From: a virus
Lineage: Duplodnaviria; Caudoviricetes
Reading direction: 5' to 3' (one strand)
Virus record (IMG/VR): IMGVR_UViG_3300032225_000976
Span: 1 to 43,807 of that record
Length of the DNA: 43,807 nt
Below, in pieces: positions 35,444 to 43,528 of the stretch (its first letter is position 1; every line of letters starts with the position of its first letter). The notes under the pieces are model-generated. The model worked only from the letters and a program-made list of their open reading frames with translations, made no database searches and was not told the origin of the DNA. Position numbers and translations under genes: made by a program.

Positions 35444-36564
35444 AGAAGATGGGATCGCTCTTCGCCGGCATTGGCGGCTTCGACCTTGGATTCGAGCGCG
35501 CAGGCTTCGAGGTCGCGTGGTGCGTGGAGAAGGACAAGAACGCGCAGGCGGTTCTTCGGAAGCGTTTTCCGAACGCCAAGATTTACGGTGACATCACGCA
35601 GGTCGATCCTGACACGCTTGAGCGCGTCGATGTGATCTGCGGCGGATTCCCGTGCCAGGATCTCTCCGTGGCAGGAAAGCGCGCTGGTCTAGCCGGCGAA
35701 AGGTCAGGTCTGTTCCATGACGCAATGCGGATTGTTCGGAGACTTAACCCCTCCGTCCTCGTACTCGAAAATGTCACAGGACTGCTGTCAAGCAATCGAG
35801 GACTCGACTTCGCCGCCGTCGTCCGAGAAGTGGGCGAAGGCTGGGATTGTGAGGAGGTCGCGTGGAGAGTTCTTAACAGCCAGTACTTCGGAGTGGCCCA
35901 GCGACGGAAGCGTGTCTTCATTGTTGCAAGCTCTAGAATCGGATGCTCCGAGCAAGTACTTGCTCTCTCCGAAGGCATGTGCGGGGATCCTGCGTCGTTC
36001 AAGCAGGCGGGAGAATTCACTTCCGAAGACGCTCGAAAATGCTTTACGCCAAGTGGCGAGTCGGATGTAGTTGTCGGAGCGATCGATTGCGACATTCCGA
36101 AGCAACGCGCACAGAACGCACGGCAGGGTCATTACATACCAGTCTCGATCCAAGGCAATCTGATCGGTCGTGACAAGGGCGGTCCATGGGGAGTCGGAGC
36201 ATCGGAAGGCGGTCCCATGTATACGCTCACCAAGAACGATGTACATGCCGTAGCCTTCCGCAAGTCGAAGCGCGCTCAGTCCAACACGGATCACGAGACA
36301 TGGATCGACGATGGATTGTCGAACACGCTGAACGGGTTTGATACTGGAGACACTAGAACGACTCACATCGTCGCCACGCCGATGGTCGTTCGCCGGCTGA
36401 CACCAGTTGAATGTGAAAGACTCCAGGGATTTCCCGATGGATGGACCGACATAGGAACTCCGCAGAAGCCAACGGCGGATGGACATCGATACAAGCAGCT
36501 TGGCAACGCGGTCACCGTCAATGTCGCGGAATGGATTGCCAGGAGGACGGCACAATGCCTGTAA
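35440..36564 (+). CDS. dcm: C5-cytosine DNA methyltransferase
   Basis: SLFAGIGG, GGFPCQD, ENV, QRRKRVF, RRLTPVECERLQGFP and YKQLGNAV. Confidence 0.95.
   Translation: MKKMGSLFAGIGGFDLGFERAGFEVAWCVEKDKNAQAVLRKRFPNAKIYGDITQVDPDTLERVDVICGGFPCQDLSVAGKRAGLAGERSGLFHDAMRIVRRLNPSVLVLENVTGLLSSNRGLDFAAVVREVGEGWDCEEVAWRVLNSQYFGVAQRRKRVFIVASSRIGCSEQVLALSEGMCGDPASFKQAGEFTSEDARKCFTPSGESDVVVGAIDCDIPKQRAQNARQGHYIPVSIQGNLIGRDKGGPWGVGASEGGPMYTLTKNDVHAVAFRKSKRAQSNTDHETWIDDGLSNTLNGFDTGDTRTTHIVATPMVVRRLTPVECERLQGFPDGWTDIGTPQKPTADGHRYKQLGNAVTVNVAEWIARRTAQCL
35717..36070 (+). CDS. Alternate-frame ORF nested in dcm (possible second MTase polypeptide)
   Basis: 117 aa; SSLLQALE..PSKYLLSPKACAGILRR..LP..LENAL. Confidence 0.55.
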   Translation: MTQCGLFGDLTPPSSYSKMSQDCCQAIEDSTSPPSSEKWAKAGIVRRSRGEFLTASTSEWPSDGSVSSLLQALESDAPSKYLLSPKACAGILRRSSRRENSLPKTLENALRQVASRM

Positions 36565-36821
36565 ATCACGCTCTGCGAGAGCAGGTGTACGAACGATTCG
36601 ATGACATGAAGCTCATCGACGATGCCGATCAATGCATCGTCGGAGTCGGGTGCGTCGTCGATGGTCACAGGATCATCTATGACCATGAGTTGCTGGTTCA
36701 GCACTTCATGTCGGACGGCACATCGCGGGAAGATGCCGTCGAATGGATCGACTACAACATCGTCGGCGCGAACGACCCCAGTTACCCGATCGTGATGTTC
36801 TCCGTGAAGGACTTCACCTGA
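36555..36821 (+). CDS. Hypothetical protein, 88 aa
   Basis: AGGAGG RBS; EDAVEWIDYNIVGA motif. Confidence 0.75.
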   Translation: MPVNHALREQVYERFDDMKLIDDADQCIVGVGCVVDGHRIIYDHELLVQHFMSDGTSREDAVEWIDYNIVGANDPSYPIVMFSVKDFT

Positions 36822-37681
36822 TGGCTCACATGACCCTCGTCGAGTCGCGCACGGGCGAGGTCGTGTTTGCCGGCGTTCGCGTCACGCCTCGGAACTCCTG
36901 CCCCGTATGCGGGCATGGCTCGTGGTGTCTCGTTGACGGATCCCGAGGGCTGGCGATCTGTCCCCGCGTCGAGAGCAAGAAGGCGATCGGCGAGGCGGGA
37001 TGGATGCACAGCCTTGGCGGCGACATGCCGCAGGCACAGAAGTTCACGCGACCATCGACCGAGGTCGAGCCTCTCGAAGGCGCAGAGACCATGCAAGCCC
37101 GCTTTCTCCGACAAGCGGGCGGCAGGCTCTCCCTCCTCGCCCTGTCTCTGGGCGTGTCCCTTGAATCCCTCGAACGGCTTGGAGCTGGATGGAATGGATC
37201 CGCGTGGACATTCCCCATGCGAAACCACGCTGGCTACATCGTGGGGTTCAGGACACGCCTGGAGAACGGGCAGAAGCTCGCGATCAAGGGAAGCCGTTCT
37301 GGTCTGTTCATTCCGCAGGGCGCGAGGAAGGACGAGGTATGGATCGTCGAGGGACCGACCGATGTAGCGGCAATGCTCGACATGGGGCTAAATGCAATTG
37401 GCCGTCCTTCGTGCCGAGGGAGCGAGCAGGAGATCGCGAGATGGACAAGAAACGCGAGGATGGTGGTGATCGTCGCCGACAACGACGAGGTTGGGATCGC
37501 GGGCGCTCACGCCTTGGATCGGACAATTCGTGGGTCGGTCCAGCAGAGCCTGATCGTCGTCCCCCCGATGCGGATGAAGGACGCGAGGGAAGTAGCCAAC
37601 CACGGTGGAACGAAGTCCGACTGGATGGCTCTTATTGGGCATACAAGAAGCCCGAGGAATTCCAATGGCCTCCAAGCGTAA
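36821..37681 (+). CDS. DNA primase (Zn finger plus TOPRIM)
   Basis: CPVCGHGSWC..C, WIVEGPTD and ADND..G..GA. Confidence 0.85.
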   Translation: MAHMTLVESRTGEVVFAGVRVTPRNSCPVCGHGSWCLVDGSRGLAICPRVESKKAIGEAGWMHSLGGDMPQAQKFTRPSTEVEPLEGAETMQARFLRQAGGRLSLLALSLGVSLESLERLGAGWNGSAWTFPMRNHAGYIVGFRTRLENGQKLAIKGSRSGLFIPQGARKDEVWIVEGPTDVAAMLDMGLNAIGRPSCRGSEQEIARWTRNARMVVIVADNDEVGIAGAHALDRTIRGSVQQSLIVVPPMRMKDAREVANHGGTKSDWMALIGHTRSPRNSNGLQA

Positions 37682-37717
37682 GACTGACGGGACACGAGGG
37701 ACCGCGCGACCTGGAGA

Positions 37718-37881
37718 TGCTCCACTACATCGCGACGGCGGGCGAGATCGACATCCACATCAGCAGGATCAAGTTCGGCAAGGGGTGCGCCCCAGCGATG
37801 TCGTGCCTGATCAGGATGGGACACCCGATCGAGGAGGTCCGCCGGCAAGGACACAGGCGGTGGCGGTGGATCGGGGAGTGA
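37718..37881 (+). CDS. Small hypothetical protein (start uncertain, may extend upstream)
   Basis: Fills the gap; stop overlaps GTGA of the next gene. Confidence 0.4.
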
Positions 37882-38420
37882 ACCTGTGGCTTCCGCAGGA
37901 CGGAGCCGACCTGTCGATCTACAAGAGGATGCTCATGTCGGGCGCGATCAAGCCGTTCGAGATGCCCAAGGGCATCGAGCAGCTCGCGCAGCATGTCATG
38001 CAGATGATGGAGATGGCGCAGGCGAGCGGGCGCATCCGAGACGCGATGAAGTGCGCGGAGATCCTGCGCCACCTCGCGGCGGACAACCGATCGATGGCCG
38101 TGGAGATCGACCGCATCGACCGACTCGACGCGGGCAAGCCCACCACTATCTCGTCGCAGGTGTCGCCCGATGTACAGGACCGCATCAAGCGGATCGTCGC
38201 AACGCAGAAGGCACGGTCCGTCTCAGCGAATACGGAGGCAGCGTCAAATGAGCGAGGTCACGCGGACGGTTCGGGCGATCCTCTTGGCGCAGTCATGCGT
38301 CGAGAGCAATCAGCCTCTCAAGCCAGCGGTGGTGTCGATCCTGCTGGACGAGATCATGCGGCTGCGGAGGCAACTACAGGCGAGCGAGCGTCGGATAGCC
38401 CGACAGGAGCCGCAGGATGA
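37878..38420 (+). CDS. Helical hypothetical protein, possible displaced terminase small subunit
   Basis: GGGGAG then GTG; RLDAGKPTTISSQV tail; the function is a guess. Confidence 0.55.
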   Translation: MNLWLPQDGADLSIYKRMLMSGAIKPFEMPKGIEQLAQHVMQMMEMAQASGRIRDAMKCAEILRHLAADNRSMAVEIDRIDRLDAGKPTTISSQVSPDVQDRIKRIVATQKARSVSANTEAASNERGHADGSGDPLGAVMRREQSASQASGGVDPAGRDHAAAEATTGERASDSPTGAAG

Positions 38421-38424
38421 GTGA
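38248..38424 (+). CDS. Small coiled-coil protein overlapping the 3' end of the previous ORF
   Basis: GGAGG RBS; LLDEIMRLRRQL. Confidence 0.5.
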   Translation: MSEVTRTVRAILLAQSCVESNQPLKPAVVSILLDEIMRLRRQLQASERRIARQEPQDE

Positions 38425-38857
38425 ATGGTTCTTCACGGCGAACGCCGTCCCCAAGGCGCAGCCCCGCGTCCGAGCGACCGCCTTCGGTGGCAAGGCTCGG
38501 ATGTGGACTCCCGCGACCGCAGACGGCTTCAAGCTGGCGGTCGGGGTCGCCGCGCGCACCGCCGTGCCGGCGGACATCCTGCCCATCCGAGGCGGAGTCG
38601 CGCTCGCCATCGCGTTCTACTTCCCTCGCCCGCAGCGCCTCGCACGCCGCGCTGGAGGCGCTCGGGAGACGATCCCCTATGTCTCCCGCCCCGACATCGA
38701 CAACCTGTCCAAGGCGGTCATGGACGCGCTCGTTGACTGCGGTGTCCTGCACGACGACGCGCCTGTCTTCCATCTTGCGGCGGGCAAGTACTACGCGGAG
38801 CCTGACGGTCTGCCTCGCGCCGAGATCTACCTGACCGCGAATACGGAAACCCCCTGA
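38417..38857 (+). CDS. rusA: RusA-family Holliday junction resolvase
   Basis: PKAQPRVR and RPDIDNLSKAVMDAL..LHDDAPV. Confidence 0.92.
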   Translation: MSEWFFTANAVPKAQPRVRATAFGGKARMWTPATADGFKLAVGVAARTAVPADILPIRGGVALAIAFYFPRPQRLARRAGGARETIPYVSRPDIDNLSKAVMDALVDCGVLHDDAPVFHLAAGKYYAEPDGLPRAEIYLTANTETP

Positions 38858-38860
38858 CCA

Positions 38861-39139
38861 ATGGCACGATTCACCGAGCAGCTCCGACAGATCCTCCACT
38901 TCTATGCCCGCGCCGGCGCGACGGATGTCTCGCAGACCGATATCGCCGATGCGCTGTCCCGCAACCGCGCCACGATCCACGCCCATTGCGCGCGGCTCGT
39001 TGACCTGAAGTACCTCGCGCGGCTCGACTACGGTCGCTACGAGATCACGGCTGCGGGACGCTCCGCGCTAGAGCGCCGCGCCGGCAGCGCCGCCAAGTTC
39101 GTCAAGTGTCCCGACTGCGGACGCAAGATCTTCCTCTGA
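38861..39139 (+). CDS. Winged-HTH DNA-binding protein with C-terminal CxxC
   Basis: SQTDIADALSRNRATIHAHCARL..YEITAAG; KCPDCG. Confidence 0.75.
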   Translation: MARFTEQLRQILHFYARAGATDVSQTDIADALSRNRATIHAHCARLVDLKYLARLDYGRYEITAAGRSALERRAGSAAKFVKCPDCGRKIFL

Positions 39140-39826
39140 GCAGATCCTGCGGACGGTCATGGGCGACAGCCGAGAGCAGCCGCGCCCTCGGATGCCCTCG
39201 CGCGCCAACGCCTCGCCAATGCGGCGGAACCCCAAGCCCTCGGCCCGAAGCTGGCGCGCCCGAGCGATTGCTGCCTGCTCGCCCGCGTCGGCGACCAGAG
39301 TCTTGCGCTTCCTGCCGTCCACGATGGTCACGCACGCCACGCGGAAGCCGAACGGAACATCGCCGCCTGTCTTCTCGCCGCGCCCGCGCTTCGCCCGCAG
39401 CGCCGCCGTCGTGCGCGCGCGGATCATATCGCGCTCGTAGCCGGCGAACAGATCGACGATGCCCCGCATGACCCGCGCCATCGGATCGTCGGAGTCGGTT
39501 CCCTCGCCTGCGGCGGACACTACGCGACCGCCCTTGCGCTGCGCCTCCAGGTCGATCCATCCTGCGATCATGTAGTCGCGGGCGAGTCGGTCGCGCTTCG
39601 CCACGATCAGGCAGTCGCCCTTGCGGATGGCTTCAAGGGCATCGACCAGTCCGGCGCGCTCGGCGACGGGAGTCGATCCGCTGATGCCCTCATCCGCGAA
39701 TACGGAGAACTCGGATGCCCCGAGCGCCTTCGCCTTCGCCATGCACGCCGCGCGCTGCGCCTCCAATCCCAGCCCGCTGCTTGCCTGCTCCTCGGTCGAT
39801 ACGCGGAGATAGATGATCGCCTTCAT
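39068..39826 (-). CDS. Serine recombinase (resolvase/invertase family)
   Basis: IIYLRVSTEEQ, DEGISG, KRDRLARD and C-terminal HTH-like region. Confidence 0.92.
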   Translation of the reverse strand: MKAIIYLRVSTEEQASSGLGLEAQRAACMAKAKALGASEFSVFADEGISGSTPVAERAGLVDALEAIRKGDCLIVAKRDRLARDYMIAGWIDLEAQRKGGRVVSAAGEGTDSDDPMARVMRGIVDLFAGYERDMIRARTTAALRAKRGRGEKTGGDVPFGFRVACVTIVDGRKRKTLVADAGEQAAIARARQLRAEGLGFRRIGEALAREGIRGRGCSRLSPMTVRRICSEEDLASAVGTLDELGGAAGAAL

Positions 39827-40137
39827 TAGTTGCTCCCGATGTCTCGGATGATGATGCCCATGATGTCCACGCGATCAATCGATTTGTAGACGGGATTGTC
39901 GAGCTGGCCGTTGACCCACTCGGAATGGGACTCGGCGCTGCCGTCCGACTGCGCGATGCCGATGCTCACGAAGCCGTCCGCATCCTCCCAAGCTGCGTAG
40001 ATCGATCCGCCGAAGTCGTTGGGGATCTTCGTCATGGCAACGATCTCGCGCGCGGTCTTCAGCGTGCCGTCCGGCATGATGAACCGCACCGCAGGATCGG
40101 TGAGCAGGAAGTTCTCCCGCAGGGTGAGACCCGTCAT
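39826..40137 (-). CDS. Hypothetical protein, 103 aa
   Basis: GGAGGTG RBS; coupled. Confidence 0.7.
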   Translation of the reverse strand: MTGLTLRENFLLTDPAVRFIMPDGTLKTAREIVAMTKIPNDFGGSIYAAWEDADGFVSIGIAQSDGSAESHSEWVNGQLDNPVYKSIDRVDIMGIIIRDIGSN

Positions 40138-40445
40138 GCAGCACCTCCCGCGCGAATACGGATGCCGCGCCCCGCAGACTTGTGCCGGCGCTCCGCCTTC
40201 GTGAGAATGTCGAGGATGGCGAGGTAGATCGCGCAGCCGATCTGCGCCTGACGACCGTAGGAATAGTGCAGCACCGACGCGCGCGACGCGATGCCGTTCT
40301 CCTCGACTTGCAGCGCCAGCCAGTACCAAGAATGGTCGATGCGCGCGAGGCGCTTGGTCACGGCATCGCGTGCCTTGTCGGCATACGCGGCGAGCTCGGG
40401 CTTGGCGGACGGGGGATTGACGATGGGGTTCTTGCGCTTAGGCAT
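40134..40445 (-). CDS. Putative HTH (XRE-like) DNA-binding protein
   Basis: SWYWLA..IASRASVLHYSYG..IGCAIYLAILDIL. Confidence 0.55.
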   Translation of the reverse strand: MPKRKNPIVNPPSAKPELAAYADKARDAVTKRLARIDHSWYWLALQVEENGIASRASVLHYSYGRQAQIGCAIYLAILDILTKAERRHKSAGRGIRIRAGGAA

Positions 40446-40452
40446 GGTGTTC

Positions 40453-40551
40453 TTAGCAAATGGCGGTCGGGGGAATGTGCGTAGTGATTCGGATGCGCGG
40501 CGTGAGCAGCAGTCCGAGGACGATGATGGCGTAGCCGGCGGCGCGGATCAT
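40453..40551 (-). CDS. Small hydrophobic peptide, 32 aa
   Basis: MIRAAGYAIIVLGLLLTP...; GGAGG RBS; ATGA coupling. Confidence 0.45.
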   Translation of the reverse strand: MIRAAGYAIIVLGLLLTPRIRITTHIPPTAIC

Positions 40552-40841
40552 TCGTCGTGATCCTCCCAAGGGTCGATGCCCTCGTCGACCGCGTCATCGG
40601 TTTCCATCCACGCATCGGTGTTCCCGGCGGAGCAGACCGTACCGCACGGCGCGATCTGCACGGGCGTATGGCAGTCCATATCGTCGGACGCGCCAACGAC
40701 CGCCGTGATCCGCAGATCGCCGTAGCGGTCACGCTTGACGATCGGATAGCGGTCCCACCAGTCGGCATCGACCCAGTCGAAATACTTGCCGCCGATGCAC
40801 GATTCGGGGTTGTCTGCAATCTTGATTGTTTTGGTCTTCAT
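40548..40841 (-). CDS. Hypothetical acidic protein
   Basis: AGGAGCCACACAATG start motif. Confidence 0.75.
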   Translation of the reverse strand: MKTKTIKIADNPESCIGGKYFDWVDADWWDRYPIVKRDRYGDLRITAVVGASDDMDCHTPVQIAPCGTVCSAGNTDAWMETDDAVDEGIDPWEDHDE

Positions 40842-40855
40842 TGTGTGGCTCCTAA

Positions 40856-41206
40856 TCAACCCGCGTCTGCCTCGTCTTCGCAAGCCTCGGCGATGGCATC
40901 GCCGTATGATGCGGCAACATGGCGAAGCTTGATCGATCCTTTGACCTTCACCGCGTCAAACGGAACGAACAGCCGCCAACCCAACGCAACACCCGCGCGA
41001 TTTACGGCGACGGTTGCGACTGCGGCGTAAACATCGTCTTCCAAAAAGAGCTGAGGCGATTGGAGCGACTCGTTGTCGTCAACCGAGGCCGTGCGGCAGA
41101 TGAACACGATGGATCCAGCAGGGATCACCATATCCTCATCGCGAATGGTGCGGTCGAGAATCGCCTCGGCAACGATGCGGTTGAGATCAAACGGCTTATC
41201 CGGCAT
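40856..41206 (-). CDS. Hypothetical protein
   Basis: AGGAGCCACACAATG start motif. Confidence 0.75.
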   Translation of the reverse strand: MPDKPFDLNRIVAEAILDRTIRDEDMVIPAGSIVFICRTASVDDNESLQSPQLFLEDDVYAAVATVAVNRAGVALGWRLFVPFDAVKVKGSIKLRHVAASYGDAIAEACEDEADAG

Positions 41207-41297
41207 TGTGTGGCTCCTATTCGGTCCGTATTCGTTCAGGGCGACGGTCGCCCGCACCGCGCACGGTCGCATCGTGCGCGTAGCGGAGGATCGGCGG

Positions 41298-41915
41298 TCA
41301 GCGGGCATTGCAGAGCAGCGTGACGAGTCGGTCGAACGCGCTTGCGTGCGATTCAAACGCGCGCGCGTCGGGACGATGGTCCGTTTCCTCGGCAAGTCGG
41401 TCGCATTCATCCTGCGCCCACGAAGCAGCCTTGCGAAGCTGGTCGGCGAGATCGCGCGGCATCGTGATGACGGTCTCAGGTTCGGCATCTCCGGCATCGT
41501 CATCGCCGTCGTTGCCAAATGCCTCGCTCGACTCCCAAAGCCCAGCTTCGTGCAGCGCGTCGGCGAACGCCTGATCGGCTTCGTCCATCGCACCGACCAA
41601 CGACACTACACGGTGACAGCCGACCGTGTACACGACGCGGAAACCCCCGGCACGCAGCGTCACGCCGAGCGGCTCATCGTCTGCGTGCGCGTAGTACTCG
41701 GTATCGGTCTGCGACTCGGCAAGGGCTATTAACTCGACCTCGCACTCGGCGCGATGGCGCAGCCATCGCCAGTATTCGATGATGGCGAAATGGGAAGGGA
41801 TGATGTTCATCTCGGCCTCCAACGGAAACAGGCGAGAGATAGCCGCGTCAACGCGGTCATTGGTCTCTACACCAATGTTTGTGGGGTCGCAGAGATCGAT
41901 TGTGCGGATGATCAT
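41298..41915 (-). CDS. Hypothetical protein, 205 aa
   Basis: GGAGCCACACAATG start motif. Confidence 0.75.
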   Translation of the reverse strand: MIIRTIDLCDPTNIGVETNDRVDAAISRLFPLEAEMNIIPSHFAIIEYWRWLRHRAECEVELIALAESQTDTEYYAHADDEPLGVTLRAGGFRVVYTVGCHRVVSLVGAMDEADQAFADALHEAGLWESSEAFGNDGDDDAGDAEPETVITMPRDLADQLRKAASWAQDECDRLAEETDHRPDARAFESHASAFDRLVTLLCNAR

Positions 41916-42118
41916 TGTGTGGCTCCGTTGGCGTTGATCAGAATCGAAGAGATCTGATCAAAAGTCTTGGCGAATCCTGCGTGCATTTCCGAATTGATCG
42001 GAGATGTAAATCGCAGGCAAAAGGCGTGATATTCGGAATAGCCCTTTGCGTACTCCGCCGCCTTTTGCAGGGCATTTGCCAGCTCTACTGGAATGGTGAT
42101 CGTCACATTGTCTTGCAT
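41912..42118 (-). CDS. Hypothetical protein, paralogous to the C-terminus of 41298-41915
   Basis: AGGAGCCACACAATG start; VTITIPVELANALQKAA versus TVITMPRDLADQLRKAA. Confidence 0.75.
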   Translation of the reverse strand: MQDNVTITIPVELANALQKAAEYAKGYSEYHAFCLRFTSPINSEMHAGFAKTFDQISSILINANGATQ

Positions 42119-42142
42119 TGTGTGGCTCCTCTCGGGGTTCAA

Positions 42143-42349
42143 TCAATCGGCGATCAGGTCAACGCGCTCAAGCGATCCATCGGGATGCTCGACGCACCAA
42201 ATCTTTCCAAGCTGCTTGGCGGGCAGGTCATGCGCGCCGCGAATTCCGGCATCGTGGGCAAGGATGCGGATCGCCTCGTCAACTGACGGGCGAATGGAAA
42301 ACTTCTCCGTGTACAGCTCTGCGAAATGCTTGAGTCGGGCAACAGTCAT
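42143..42349 (-). CDS. Hypothetical protein, 68 aa
   Basis: GGAGCCGCCATG start. Confidence 0.65.
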   Translation of the reverse strand: MTVARLKHFAELYTEKFSIRPSVDEAIRILAHDAGIRGAHDLPAKQLGKIWCVEHPDGSLERVDLIAD

Positions 42350-42728
42350 GGCGGCTCCAATCTGCGACCGAGTCGCGGTGTTGGGAAGATAGCAACACTA
42401 TCGACGCAGTCAAGTACTACACTTGAGGGAATCTGTAGCGAATTCGGTCCGTATTCGCGTATGCGCGGGCATGGCAGGGACTTACGAGCAGCAATAAATA
42501 TTGCGCCGATCCGTGAACGCTCCAATCGGCTTGCAAATCCCACTAGGCGCGCCCGTAGCCGGCGCGGCGCTCGGCGGCGGCGTGATCATCGGCAACCGAG
42601 CGTGTGCGTGCGGCGCGCCTATACACGCGCTCGCGTATGGGGGCGCACCCGCGCGCAGCGGCAGCACGCAACGCACGCGCCCGCGCGCGCCCGCACGGAA
42701 ATCCTGAGCTCGACATCCGCGTCTCTGG

Positions 42729-42798
42729 AGACAATGTCTTCAGAGACACGGACCTAGCGGTCAGAGTCTGCAAAGACAATGTCTTCAGAGACACGGAC
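42729..42798. repeat. 25-bp direct repeat (42729-42753, 42774-42798) with an internal palindrome
   Basis: agacaatgtcttcagagacacggac twice. Confidence 0.9.
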
Positions 42799-42854
42799 TC
42801 ACAAATCCGAGATCGGAGCCGAGCCGATGAACTTTCGCGCATCGGTGCCGGGAT

Positions 42855-42876
42855 TGAAAGTTCTCGAGAACTTTCA
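42855..42876. repeat. Perfect 22-bp palindrome
   Basis: tgaaagttctc|gagaactttca. Confidence 0.9.
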
Positions 42877-43387
42877 CGGCACGCGGCGGAACTTGAAAGA
42901 TAAGAGCGGGCGAAACATTCACGCGCGCCGGCTCGGCATGAAAGTTTCGCCAGCGCGCATTCTGTAAATTCTCGAGCGATCTTTGACGGTTTGCATTCTT
43001 TCAGGTTTGCGCGCGATATTGACGGTTTGTGCGCTCGGCTCGGCGCACCCTAACAACGCACGCTCAAACCCCTAACGGAAGCCGAGTATCGACGCTAAGG
43101 CGCCTAGGATCCTATTAGAGACCTTCGGGCCTCGGATGGTCCCCTGACCCTCGGCGCGCGTTGGAACGCCTCCTGCGCAAAAGCGCCTTTTTTGTTCTAG
43201 ATTGACAATTGAATTTGCACGAATTGGAGCCGAGCGCCCTTCATTGTCAAATTCACGCCAGAAAGTTTCTAGATCCAAATCGCTCGGAATTGTGCAGACG
43301 GCTACACAGCGAGCCGATGGCAAGTATCATCCTACTAACCGACCGCGTGAGTCGGAACGCAAGATTCGCACCAGCAGGAGACACACA

Positions 43388-43507
43388 ATGGAACGCCGCA
43401 ACTTCACCCGCTCGCAAACCGACCGCATCACCTGCGCCATCTACGGCGCGCTCGCCATCGCCGCCGCCACGCTCGGCGGATTCCTCGCGCTCTACCTCGC
43501 CCTCTAA
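43388..43507 (+). CDS. Small membrane protein, 39 aa
   Basis: AGGAGACACACAATG start; C-terminal TM. Confidence 0.65.
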   Translation: MERRNFTRSQTDRITCAIYGALAIAAATLGGFLALYLAL

Positions 43508-43528
43508 CCCCATACAGGAGACACCCTC

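Noticed and set aside
42729-42798. 25-bp repeat pair as a mini-CRISPR array
   Set aside because: Only two copies with a 20-bp gap, and no cas genes or leader; an operator or res site fits better.
42326-43323. ORFs in the control region
   Set aside because: Low-complexity Arg/Ala translations with no RBS; the region is dominated by repeats and palindromes.
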